NCBI GenBank assembly: GCA_046153355.1
Contig: JBJXEY010000388.1
Coordinates: 9,342-73,341 of the forward strand
DNA length: 64,000 nucleotides
Reading direction: 5' to 3'
Origin: Burkholderiales bacterium
GTDB taxonomy: Bacteria > Pseudomonadota > Gammaproteobacteria > Burkholderiales > SG8-39
A program made the translations under genes and the position numbers. Of this stretch, positions 9,716-18,850 are shown one piece after another. Below the pieces are notes generated by a model, which saw only the letters and a list, made by a program, of their open reading frames with translations, did not search any database and was not told where the DNA came from. Each line of letters begins with the position of its first letter. Positions within the stretch are counted from its first letter, which is position 1.

Positions 9716-10690
9716 TTACTCCGGTTTGATGCCTGCAATCTTCACCACCTGCGTCCATTTATCCGCTTCGGTTTGCAGCTTCTTGCGCAGATCCGCCGGG
9801 CTGCCTCCGGTGGCGGTGGCGCCACGCTTCAGCAGATCGGCGCGAACCTGAGGCGTCTTGAGAACTTCGTTGATCTCGGTATTAATGCGGGCAATAACGG
9901 CCGCCGGCGTACCCAAGGGCGCGACCAGGTAGTTGTAACCCTGAATCTCCACATTGGGAACGCCGGATTCCCGCAAGGTCGGCACATCGGGTTGATCCGG
10001 CGAGCGTTGCGGCGACGCCACGCCGAGAATGCGAATCTTGCCGCCCCCCATGTATGAGGCCACCGCAGGCAACCCCGTCATAGTCAGTTGAACACGCCCG
10101 GCGACAAAGTCCGGCATCGCAGGCCCCATACCTTTGTAGGGCACATGCAGCACATCCACGCCGGTCTGCTGCTTGAACAATTCCATGCCCAGATGATGCG
10201 GCGCGCCGACGCCCGGCGTGGCGTAACCCATCTTTCCGGGGCGCTCCTTGAGAAAACGCACCAACTCCAGCGCGTTGCCCGCAACCATCGCTTCGCCACT
10301 GGCCACCAGATAGAAATCAATATCCACCACTGGCGCGACGGGTTCAAAGTCACGCAATATATTCACGCCCTTGTTTGAACCCAGCGCGATCATCAACACC
10401 TGATTGTCGTTGCTGAAAAGAAAAGAGTAGCCGTCGTTGGGCGCGCGCTTGAATGCTTCAGAGGCAATCAGCCCTGCGGCGCCGCCGTTGTTGGTGACCA
10501 CCACCGGCACGCCCAGTTTCGTGCTCAGTCGTTCCGACACCGTTCGCCCGGCAAGATCGGTGCCGGCGCCCGGTGTGCTGCTGATGACCATCTGGATGGG
10601 TTTGGCGGGATAGGTCTGCGCCCACGCGACACCGCTGCCACCGAGGACGAGCGAAGCGGCGGCGGTTGTTGCAAAAATCCCCAAGTTCAT
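9716..10690 (-). CDS. Bug/TctC substrate-binding protein
   Basis: Signal peptide; TPGAGTD and HVPYKG; close paralog of 8650..9633. Confidence 0.93.
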   Translation of the reverse strand: MNLGIFATTAAASLVLGGSGVAWAQTYPAKPIQMVISSTPGAGTDLAGRTVSERLSTKLGVPVVVTNNGGAAGLIASEAFKRAPNDGYSFLFSNDNQVLMIALGSNKGVNILRDFEPVAPVVDIDFYLVASGEAMVAGNALELVRFLKERPGKMGYATPGVGAPHHLGMELFKQQTGVDVLHVPYKGMGPAMPDFVAGRVQLTMTGLPAVASYMGGGKIRILGVASPQRSPDQPDVPTLRESGVPNVEIQGYNYLVAPLGTPAAVIARINTEINEVLKTPQVRADLLKRGATATGGSPADLRKKLQTEADKWTQVVKIAGIKPE

Positions 10691-10710
10691 TGCGCGGTCT
10701 CAATTTCACG

Positions 10711-10840
10711 TAAAAAAGAGACGCCACCTTAACGGAAACCCATGGGGATTGCCAAGGGCGGCGGATGTACGCAGGGCAGTTGTAACTGTGCCGGGTGTAA
10801 GGTCCGCCGGTTTCCGATGACCAATGCGCAGGTTCGTACC
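10711..10840 (-). ncRNA. Candidate structured RNA (sRNA or attenuator/riboswitch leader)
   Basis: Nested complementary segments 10733-10740/10809-10816 and 10760-10765/10803-10808; inner hairpin near 10775-10792; ends in hairpin plus U6 on the minus strand. Confidence 0.45.
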
Positions 10841-11022
10841 CGAAAGTTTTAATGAAGCGCCAATATTTTCCAATTCGCCACCCACGTGGACACGAAGGAA
10901 GCGTTTCTTGGCGTGAATCCACCGCGCCCCTGCGATGAAAGCTGTCCGCCGCAAAGCCCGCAACACATAGATAATCATGTCATCATCGCCTTGATCGAAT
11001 CCACCGCCGTATCGAGGTCACT

Positions 11023-12423
11023 GTGCCATCGCAAGATATTTCCGGAAGTTCACTGGCGGCTTTAGCCGCCGCGCTGCGCTCGGGCGCCATTGCCGCCGGC
11101 GAATTGCACGCTCACGCCTGCGCCCGGCATGAGCGTCTGGGTAAACGCATGAACGCCTACATCCATTGGGCGCCTGAGAGTGCCGCCGCGTGCAGCCGCG
11201 CCGCGGACGCCGCATTCCGTTGCGGCTCGGATCTCGGCCCGCTGCAGGGACTGCCGCTCAGCTTCAAGGACCATTTCGGCATACAAGGCATGCCCACCTA
11301 CGCCGGTTCATCGCGGCGCCTGCCAAAGGCGTTCGAGCGCGAAGGCGGCGTGGTGCAAGCCGTGAAGCGGCAACTGGCGGTGATATCCGGCAAGACTCAC
11401 ACCGTGGAGTTCGCCGCGGGCGGCGGCGGCGCCAACCCCAACTGGGGCACGCCGTTCAATCCCTGGGATGTGAAAAATGCGCGCACCCCCGGCGGCTCCA
11501 GTCATGGCGCGGCGGCGAGCCTCTGGGAAGGATCGGCATTGGCGGCGTTTGGCACCGACACCATGGGTTCGGTGCGCATGCCCGCGGCCATGTGCGGGCT
11601 GGTAGGATTCAAGCCCGGCTTCGGCCGCTGGCCCGACTCGGGGATCGTGCCTTTGAGTCCGATTCTTGATAGCGTGGGCGTGTTAACCCGGAGCGTGGCC
11701 GATGCCGCCTTCGTCTTCGCCGCGATCGACCCCGCTGGCGATTGGGCGCCAGCCCTGCGCGCAGCCGAACCCGGCGGCGTGACGATCGGCGAAGGCGACG
11801 CCTATTTCTGGGAAGGCTGCCAGCCCGAGGTCGAGGCGGCGATTCGCGCCGCCATCAAGGAATTACAAAACAAAGGATTTCATATCCGCGCGAGCGAATT
11901 ACCCGAGACCCGCGCCGTCGCCGCGCTGCAGGGTGAGCAAGGCGGCATTACCGCGCCCTCGCTGGCTTCGCTGTTGCAGCATTCGCTGCCCGAGTGGATC
12001 GACCTGTTGACGCCGGTGATTCGCGAGCGCGTGCGCGAAGGACTGGAAATGCCCGCGCACCGCTATCTGCACATGGTCGAGCAGATGCGCGAACTCGCGC
12101 GTTCGGCGCAGTCAAGATTCGAGTTCGTGGATGTCATGCTCACCCCGACCACGCCGTTCACCGCGCCAATCCTGGGCAAGGCCCCGCCAGGCGGCCCGGC
12201 TGTGCCGGTGGTGCGCAATACCTTCGTGGTCAATTACCTCGGCCTGTGCGCGATCTCCATGCCCGTGGCGCTGGACAGCAACGGCCTTCCGATTGGCATG
12301 CAACTGATTGCGTGCGCCGGCGGCGAGGGGCGGCTGCTGAGCGTAGCGCTTGCGATCGAGCAGGCGCTCGGACAGGGCAGCGAGCGCCTAGGTTTGCCGC
12401 CACTTTTCGGGGAGCCGCAATGA
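11023..12423 (+). CDS. Amidase-signature family enzyme
   Basis: SFKD, PGGSSHG and GTDTMGSVRMPA (Ser-cisSer-Lys triad motifs). Confidence 0.9.
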   Translation: MPSQDISGSSLAALAAALRSGAIAAGELHAHACARHERLGKRMNAYIHWAPESAAACSRAADAAFRCGSDLGPLQGLPLSFKDHFGIQGMPTYAGSSRRLPKAFEREGGVVQAVKRQLAVISGKTHTVEFAAGGGGANPNWGTPFNPWDVKNARTPGGSSHGAAASLWEGSALAAFGTDTMGSVRMPAAMCGLVGFKPGFGRWPDSGIVPLSPILDSVGVLTRSVADAAFVFAAIDPAGDWAPALRAAEPGGVTIGEGDAYFWEGCQPEVEAAIRAAIKELQNKGFHIRASELPETRAVAALQGEQGGITAPSLASLLQHSLPEWIDLLTPVIRERVREGLEMPAHRYLHMVEQMRELARSAQSRFEFVDVMLTPTTPFTAPILGKAPPGGPAVPVVRNTFVVNYLGLCAISMPVALDSNGLPIGMQLIACAGGEGRLLSVALAIEQALGQGSERLGLPPLFGEPQ

Positions 12424-12532
12424 AACAGCGCAAAGGACAGTTCCAGTCACCAGAATTTGTCACGGGAAAATGTAACAGAATCCGGACAAAGCGCCTGCCA
12501 CACCATGCATTCATAACCAGAGGAGTCAATGC

Positions 12533-13504
12533 ATGCGATGCATCATGAAGGGAATGATTCGTCCTGCCCTCGCCGCGTTGTTCGCCTGCGGCACGCCGGC
12601 TGTCATGGCACAGTCCGCGCCGCCGTTGCGCGTCATGATTGGCTTGCCACCGGGGGGAACACTCGAACTCATGACACGGCTGATCGCAGACCGTATCAAG
12701 ACCGATACCGACCGCACCGTCATCGTCGATCACCGTCCCGGGGCAATCAGCCGTATCGCCATAGAACAGATGAAACTGGTGGCGCCGGATGGCAACACTA
12801 TTCTGATCCTGCCCATTGCCAATACCGCAGTGTTTCCCCACACGTACAAAAACCTGGGCTACGACCCGTTTTCCGATCTGGCCCCGATCAGCCAGGCGGC
12901 AACTTTTTACAATGCGTTCGCGGTAGGCCCGAACGTGCAGGCCAAGACGCTCGCGGAATATGTCGCGCTGGTTAAACGCGAACCCAGGCGCGGGGACTAC
13001 GCTTCCTCGGGCAGCGGCAGCATTCCGCATTTCCTCGCCGTCATGTTTGCGCGCGCCTCCGGCATAGAAATGACCCACATTCCATACAAGGGCGCCGCAC
13101 AGGTCCCTGCGGCGCTTCTGAGCGGCGAAGTCAACGTGGCAGTGCTCACCGATGCGGACCTGGCCCGACTACACCAGAGCGGCAAAGCCCGCGTGCTGGC
13201 GACTACCGGACCGGCAAGGTCAGTGGTGCTGCCCGACATTTCCACCTTTCGGGAACAGGGCTACGACATCGTCGGCACCGGCTGGTTCGGTTTTTTTTCG
13301 CCCGGGAAAACACCGGCGCCGGTGAATGCCAGACTTGCCGAAACAATCAACAGGGCGCTCGCCAATGCTGAGGTCCGCGGGCGGCTTGCCGAAGTGGGAC
13401 TGAACGCCACCGGCACCATGCCGGCCGAATTTGCGGCAATCATCAAATCGGATTACGCGTATTGGGGGAAAATCGTCAAGCAAACTGGTTTCGTTGCCGA
13501 TTAG
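12533..13504 (+). CDS. Bug/TctC substrate-binding protein
   Basis: AGGAG RBS; LPPGGTLE, SSGSGSIPH and HIPYKG motifs. Confidence 0.92.
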   Translation: MRCIMKGMIRPALAALFACGTPAVMAQSAPPLRVMIGLPPGGTLELMTRLIADRIKTDTDRTVIVDHRPGAISRIAIEQMKLVAPDGNTILILPIANTAVFPHTYKNLGYDPFSDLAPISQAATFYNAFAVGPNVQAKTLAEYVALVKREPRRGDYASSGSGSIPHFLAVMFARASGIEMTHIPYKGAAQVPAALLSGEVNVAVLTDADLARLHQSGKARVLATTGPARSVVLPDISTFREQGYDIVGTGWFGFFSPGKTPAPVNARLAETINRALANAEVRGRLAEVGLNATGTMPAEFAAIIKSDYAYWGKIVKQTGFVAD

Positions 13505-13570
13505 CCATAAAGCTTCAGGCGTGGCGCCGTACGCATCGCCACGATAAACCTCGATGAAGGAGCTTCAAGC

Positions 13571-14548
13571 ATGCATGCATTGCTGATCAGGATTCCGGCG
13601 TTAATCGCCATAGCGGTCGTAACGCTGGCCGCTTCGCCTGACACTCGCGCGCAAACCGACAAGCCCGGGCGCATCGTTGTGGGCGGCCCGCCCGGTTCGA
13701 GCCTCGACCTGATGGCGAGATTATTCGCCGACAGGATGCGCGAGTCAGCCGGTCGCCAATACATCGTAGACAACCGTCCCGGCGCAAGCAGCACCATCGC
13801 CGCGGACGCCGTGGCGCGCGGCGCGCCCGATGGTTCGGTGCTGCTCATTTCCCCACTCGGACCGCTGATCATCGAACCTCTGTTCGCCAGCAATATCAAA
13901 TACGATGCGTTTCGCGATTTCACGCCGATCTCGCAGATATCCACTTCGCATGTCGCCTACACCATCGGGCAGAAAGTGCCTGCGACCACGCTGGCAGAAT
14001 ACTTCGCGCTCGCTCGCGCGGATCGCAAACAGGCCTTCTATGGCACCGCGGGAACAAACGGCCTTCCTTTTTTCTTCGCATTGCTGGTGGCGCAAACCGC
14101 AAATGTCAAATTGACCAACGTGCCTTACAAATCGGCGCTCGACGCGGTCAATGCGCTGGTCTCGGGCGAGGTGCCCGCCGGCGTGCTGCCGATGCAAGAG
14201 GTTATCCCCGTGCAGCGCCGCGGGCAGGCACGCATCGTCGCCACCAGCGGGGCGCGGCGCTCCGCGTTGCTGCCCGAAATACCCACCTTCAAGGAACTGG
14301 GCTACCAGGATCTGGAGGCCGAAACCTGGTTCGGATTTTTTGGTCCGGCGAAAATGCCTGCCGCCCTCGCCGATACGATCTCCAAGTCCGTGGCAACCAT
14401 CCTGAAACAACCCGAAACTTCCCGGTTTCTCAGCACCCAGGGGGCGGAAGCCGTTGGCTCGACACCGCAGGAATTCGCCCAGACCATGCGCCGCGACAAA
14501 GAGCGCTGGACTGCCGCCATCAAGGCCTCGGGCGTGAAGCTCGACTAG
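13571..14548 (+). CDS. Bug/TctC substrate-binding protein
   Basis: Signal peptide; PPGSSLD, DNRPGA and VPYK motifs. Confidence 0.92.
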   Translation: MHALLIRIPALIAIAVVTLAASPDTRAQTDKPGRIVVGGPPGSSLDLMARLFADRMRESAGRQYIVDNRPGASSTIAADAVARGAPDGSVLLISPLGPLIIEPLFASNIKYDAFRDFTPISQISTSHVAYTIGQKVPATTLAEYFALARADRKQAFYGTAGTNGLPFFFALLVAQTANVKLTNVPYKSALDAVNALVSGEVPAGVLPMQEVIPVQRRGQARIVATSGARRSALLPEIPTFKELGYQDLEAETWFGFFGPAKMPAALADTISKSVATILKQPETSRFLSTQGAEAVGSTPQEFAQTMRRDKERWTAAIKASGVKLD

Positions 14549-14575
14549 CGATCAAACAATGAAGCAGGAATTTCG

Positions 14576-16195
14576 ATGACCCAATTCATCCGCCCGCCGA
14601 CAGTCACACAAAACCCCAATCCGCGGGCGCCGCTTGCGGCGGTATTGACATTTCAGACCGATGTTCCGGTGAGTATCGACGTTGCGATCAGCGACGGCAC
14701 AAATTCCGCCAATGCGCGTTTCCCGGTGCTTGACGCAACGGCCGCGCAAGAACCTGTGGCGCTGCCGCTGGCCGGCATGCGCGCCGACCGGTTGCACCGG
14801 TTGTGCATCGTGGCCACCGATGCGAATGGAAACAAAGCCGAGGCGGATGCACAGTACCAAACCCCGCCACTGCCGCCCGCGCCCATGGCATTTCCTCCGG
14901 TCACGCTGGTCAAACGCGATGGGGCGAGAATGGAAGGCGGCATCACCTTGCTCAGCGTGCGCCGCACGTCACGCGGCAAAGAAACGCATCTGACGCCCAA
15001 TCAGGCGCGCTTCAGCCGCAACTGGGGAATGATTCTCGCGCTGGATTGTGCCGGTGAGGTGGTGTGGTTCTACCAGTCGGACCGGCGTGTCGCCGGCATC
15101 GACCGGCTGGACAACGGCAACATCCTGGCGACGCACGTCGATTTCACGGTGATGGAGATCGACCTTCTGGGCAACATTGTCAGGCAATGGACGCCGGCGC
15201 ACCAGCCCGGCGGCGCGCGTCCCGGTTCCATCGGCATCGATGCGCACAGCATGCATCACCAGCCCAAGGTGCTCGCCAACGGCAACTTTCTCTCCTTCAA
15301 TGCCTTCGGCAAGGTGCTCGACAATTTTTACTCCAGCGAATCCGACCCGGAGGCGCCGCGCGTCACCAAAGGCGTCGTCGGCGACGAGATTATCGAATTC
15401 ACGCCCGAGGGCCGTGTGGTGTGGCGCTGGAATGCATTTGACCATCTCGATCCTTTGCGAATCGGCTACCACGTGTTGCAGGCCTACTGGCATGTGCGCG
15501 GCTTTCCCAATCACGCCGACTGGACGCACGGCAACGGCGTCGTGGTCGATCCGCGCGACGGCAACATCATCGTTTCGTTTCGCAATCAGGATGCGGTGAT
15601 GAAGATCGAGCGCAGTTCGGGCGAGATACTCTGGATACTGGGCAATCACGAAGGGTGGAACGACAGCCTTAAAAAGAAGCTGTTGCGCCCGATTGGCGAA
15701 TTGCGCTGGCCTTTTCATGGCCACAACCCGCGCGTCACACCACAGGGCACGATTGTCATGTTTGACAACGGCATCTTCCAGGCAATGCCCTTCGCGCCGA
15801 TGCTGCCACCGGCAAAAACCTTCAGCCGCGGCGTGGAATTCGAGGTGGATGAGAAAGCCATGACGGTGCGCCAACTGTGGTCCTCCTCGGCAAAACTTGA
15901 CGGGGACTCGGTCAACAGCTGGGCCATGGGCGACGCGCACCGCCTGCCCAAAACCGGCAACATGCTGGTGTTCTATTCGGTGTGTTTCCCCATGCTGACG
16001 GAGCTGACCTACAACGAATGGGATCGTCGCGAACTTCACCCCAGCGACCTGCCCAACTGGGCGCGTATCCGCGAGTACAGCCGCACCACGCCCGCCGAGG
16101 TGCTGTGGGAGGTGCAAATACGCGATCCGAACGATGTGGTGGGCTGGATAGTCTACGGCGGCTTTCGCGTCGCAAGCCTGATGCCCGGGAACTGA
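14576..16195 (+). CDS. Aryl-sulfate sulfotransferase (ASST family) with N-terminal Ig-like domain
   Basis: NPNPRAPLAAVLTF N-terminus; SMHH, DWTHGN, SFRNQ and GHNP catalytic-type motifs; no signal peptide. Confidence 0.8.
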   Translation: MTQFIRPPTVTQNPNPRAPLAAVLTFQTDVPVSIDVAISDGTNSANARFPVLDATAAQEPVALPLAGMRADRLHRLCIVATDANGNKAEADAQYQTPPLPPAPMAFPPVTLVKRDGARMEGGITLLSVRRTSRGKETHLTPNQARFSRNWGMILALDCAGEVVWFYQSDRRVAGIDRLDNGNILATHVDFTVMEIDLLGNIVRQWTPAHQPGGARPGSIGIDAHSMHHQPKVLANGNFLSFNAFGKVLDNFYSSESDPEAPRVTKGVVGDEIIEFTPEGRVVWRWNAFDHLDPLRIGYHVLQAYWHVRGFPNHADWTHGNGVVVDPRDGNIIVSFRNQDAVMKIERSSGEILWILGNHEGWNDSLKKKLLRPIGELRWPFHGHNPRVTPQGTIVMFDNGIFQAMPFAPMLPPAKTFSRGVEFEVDEKAMTVRQLWSSSAKLDGDSVNSWAMGDAHRLPKTGNMLVFYSVCFPMLTELTYNEWDRRELHPSDLPNWARIREYSRTTPAEVLWEVQIRDPNDVVGWIVYGGFRVASLMPGN

Positions 16196-16199
16196 ACCG

Positions 16200-17639
16200 A
16201 TGTTCGACGTCGCCATCGTCGGCTGCGGCCCGACTGGCGCCATCCTCGCCAATCTCCTGGGCATGCTCGGGCTGTCGGTCGCGGTGTTCGAGCGTGAACG
16301 CGGCCAGCACAGCGCGCCGCGCGCGGTGCACTTCGATGGCGAAGTGATGCGCATTTTCGAGACCGCGGGACTCGCCGCTGAAATCAGTTCGGTGGTTCGT
16401 CCCGCCGACGGCGCGCATTTCGTCAATGCCGCTGGACGGATCATGCTGGAGCTGAAACCCAAAGCCGAAGGCATGCATGGCTGGGCCAACGACTACAGTT
16501 TTTTCCAGCCGCATCTGGAACAGGTGTTGCGCCAAGGCGTGGCGCGATTCGCCAATGTCCGGGTTTTCACCGGGCATGAAGTCTCAGCCATCACGACAAT
16601 GCGCGACTGCGCGCAATTCACCGTGACCGATTCCACGCGCGAAGCGCGGCAGGAGAAGGCGCGCTGGCTGGTCGGCTGCGACGGCGCGCGTTCCATTGTT
16701 CGCGAAGCCATCGGCTCGGCATTGATCGACATGGGATCGAATCAATCATGGATTGTGGTTGACGTGGAATTGCAGCGCGATATCAGGCTGCCGGAAAAGA
16801 CCACTCAGTACTGCGACCCCGCGCGGCCGGTGACCTATGTTGGCGTGACCGGGCGACGAAGGCGCTGGGAACTGATGCTGGTGCCGGGGGACGATCCGGA
16901 AGACATCGTTCGCGAGGACCGTGTATGGGCCCTGCTTTCGCCATGGATCAAGCCCGGCGATGCGCGCATCGAGCGATCTTCGGTCTACACCTTTCACGCG
17001 CTGCTCGCGGAACGCTGGCGCCGCGGGCGCCTCCTGATCGCAGGTGACGCCGCGCATCAGATGCCGCCGTTTCTCGGCCAGGGCATGTGCGCCGGTATTC
17101 GCGATGCCGCCAATCTCGCCTGGAAACTGGGGCAGGTGATTGCGGGAGGAAGCGACGATGTGCTGCTCGATAGCTACCAGTCGGAGCGGGAAGCGCACGT
17201 GCGCGTGTTCATCGAAACGGCGATTCGACTGGGTGGCATCATCCAGACCCTCGATCCGGCGGTGGCGGCGGATCGCGACCGGCGCTTCGAGCAGCAAGGC
17301 ACTCAGGAAATTGTAACCCTGTCCCCGTCGCTTGGCCCAGGCGCCCATGATGACAATGCGCCTTGCGGGGAAATTTTCCCGCAGCCTTTGCTTGCCGATG
17401 GCACACGCCTCGATGCGGCCATCGGCGCCTATCGTTTCGCCGTGCTTGCGCGGCCCGCACTCATCGACGCCGCACTGCGGGCGCGCTGCGCGCAGGCAAA
17501 CATCGCACTGGTCAGTGCCGACGGCGCGGTTGCTGCATGGCTGAACCGGCAGGGCGCGCTCGCGGTGATGCTGCGACCGGACCGTTACGTGCAGGCCGTG
17601 GCACGCGACGCGACGGATATGGATCGTTTGCGGGCTTGA
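16200..17639 (+). CDS. mhpA: 3-(3-hydroxyphenyl)propionate hydroxylase-like FAD monooxygenase
   Basis: GCGPTG, PRAVHFDGEVMR, CDPARP, RRRWE and GDAAHQMPPFLGQGMCAGIRDA; exact substrate uncertain. Confidence 0.75.
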   Translation: MFDVAIVGCGPTGAILANLLGMLGLSVAVFERERGQHSAPRAVHFDGEVMRIFETAGLAAEISSVVRPADGAHFVNAAGRIMLELKPKAEGMHGWANDYSFFQPHLEQVLRQGVARFANVRVFTGHEVSAITTMRDCAQFTVTDSTREARQEKARWLVGCDGARSIVREAIGSALIDMGSNQSWIVVDVELQRDIRLPEKTTQYCDPARPVTYVGVTGRRRRWELMLVPGDDPEDIVREDRVWALLSPWIKPGDARIERSSVYTFHALLAERWRRGRLLIAGDAAHQMPPFLGQGMCAGIRDAANLAWKLGQVIAGGSDDVLLDSYQSEREAHVRVFIETAIRLGGIIQTLDPAVAADRDRRFEQQGTQEIVTLSPSLGPGAHDDNAPCGEIFPQPLLADGTRLDAAIGAYRFAVLARPALIDAALRARCAQANIALVSADGAVAAWLNRQGALAVMLRPDRYVQAVARDATDMDRLRA

Positions 17640-17645
17640 ATTCGA

Positions 17646-17702
17646 AATAAACGGGTCCGGCCCAACTTATCATTCCTGAGATATCGCGCCCGGCCCGTTA
17701 TT
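17646..17702. terminator. Imperfect inverted repeat between convergent genes
   Basis: aataaacgggtccgg ... ccggcccgttatt. Confidence 0.35.
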
Positions 17703-17726
17703 CACGCGCCGGCTTGCCCTTCCAGC

Positions 17727-18797
17727 TCACCTTTGCACCGGTCCCAACCGCCCGCGTATCTCAAGCGAATCCGCCGCATAGCGATACGCGCGAAATACCC
17801 AGTTCGATTTATGTCCCCCGGTGCCAATACCGAAGTTGGGGTTAATGTACTCCCAGACGATTTCGCCCGCGGGCGTTACCTCGAAAATGCGCCCCCACTG
17901 GCCTTCGCAGATGAGCGTGTTGCCCGAGGCGAGGCGCTGCTGTCCGCTGATGTGCGGGCTGAAGAAAGTCCATGGCGGCGAGCCCTTGTATTCCCACACG
18001 GTCTTGCCGGTGGCCGGGTCAAGCTCGATGACCCGTGATGCGGGCGCATTGCCGGTATCCGTGCCGTTGGCGAACAGGAGAATGTTACCGGTGTCCAGCA
18101 TCACGCAGTCGTGCTGCATGCCCCAACTGAGATCAGTTTTCTCCCAGCGCGGCTTGCCGGTTTTTCGGTCGATGATCATGACGGTGGAGATGCGCCTGAA
18201 ACTTAACATCACATCGCCGTTGGCAAGCGGGCACACCGCATTGCAATGCGCAAACTCCTCGCGGTGCCCGACCATGTTGACCGGGTAGCGCTCGATCTCC
18301 AGATCCTGCGAGTGCCATTCCCACACCGTTTTGCCTGCAGGGTCGATCTCGCGGATGTAATCGCCGTAAATGTCGCCATCTTTCTCCGTGCCGGGCACCC
18401 CGCCGACGACACGCCTGGCATCTTCAGGCCGCATTTTTTCCCAGGCGATATAGACGGTGTTGCCATTGTCCAGGCGGCGGAAATCGTGATGCTGGTTGTC
18501 GTCGCGATACTCCCACACGAGCTTGCCGTCCCAATCTAGTTCGCGCAGCCAACCGCCCTTGCCGCCGGTATTGGGCAGATTGCCCTCCTTGGTGCGCCCG
18601 GCCCAGAGCAGGTTGCCGTTCTTCAGCAAATAGGCGTAGTTGCCCGGGTTGAGCGGATGATTGCGCCACTGGTGCACCACCTCGCCGCGCATGCCAAGAA
18701 TAAAAGTCTCATTGGCGAAATTGGGTGAATACAGGGTATAGCCGGGTGTGGCACGTTCACGGTCGTTGACTGTCAATCCGACTTGTTGGTAACGCAT
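17727..18797 (-). CDS. Arylsulfotransferase (ASST)-like beta-propeller protein
   Basis: QHHDF, FAHCN, SFRR and QHDC motifs; repeated G..VWEY blades; no signal peptide. Confidence 0.8.
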   Translation of the reverse strand: MRYQQVGLTVNDRERATPGYTLYSPNFANETFILGMRGEVVHQWRNHPLNPGNYAYLLKNGNLLWAGRTKEGNLPNTGGKGGWLRELDWDGKLVWEYRDDNQHHDFRRLDNGNTVYIAWEKMRPEDARRVVGGVPGTEKDGDIYGDYIREIDPAGKTVWEWHSQDLEIERYPVNMVGHREEFAHCNAVCPLANGDVMLSFRRISTVMIIDRKTGKPRWEKTDLSWGMQHDCVMLDTGNILLFANGTDTGNAPASRVIELDPATGKTVWEYKGSPPWTFFSPHISGQQRLASGNTLICEGQWGRIFEVTPAGEIVWEYINPNFGIGTGGHKSNWVFRAYRYAADSLEIRGRLGPVQR

Positions 18798-18850
18798 GCG
18801 TTGCTCCTCGAAATTATTCGTTGAAATTTGAAGCGATTTACCAGCGCGAT

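Noticed and set aside
11023-12423. gatA assignment
   Set aside because: No gatB or gatC nearby and a catabolic context; left as a generic amidase.
14969-16489. 506-aa minus-strand ORF, and similar long antisense ORFs at 19250-20506, 22646-23695 and 24678-25868
   Set aside because: Antisense shadows of well-supported genes in GC-rich DNA, with no recognisable motifs.
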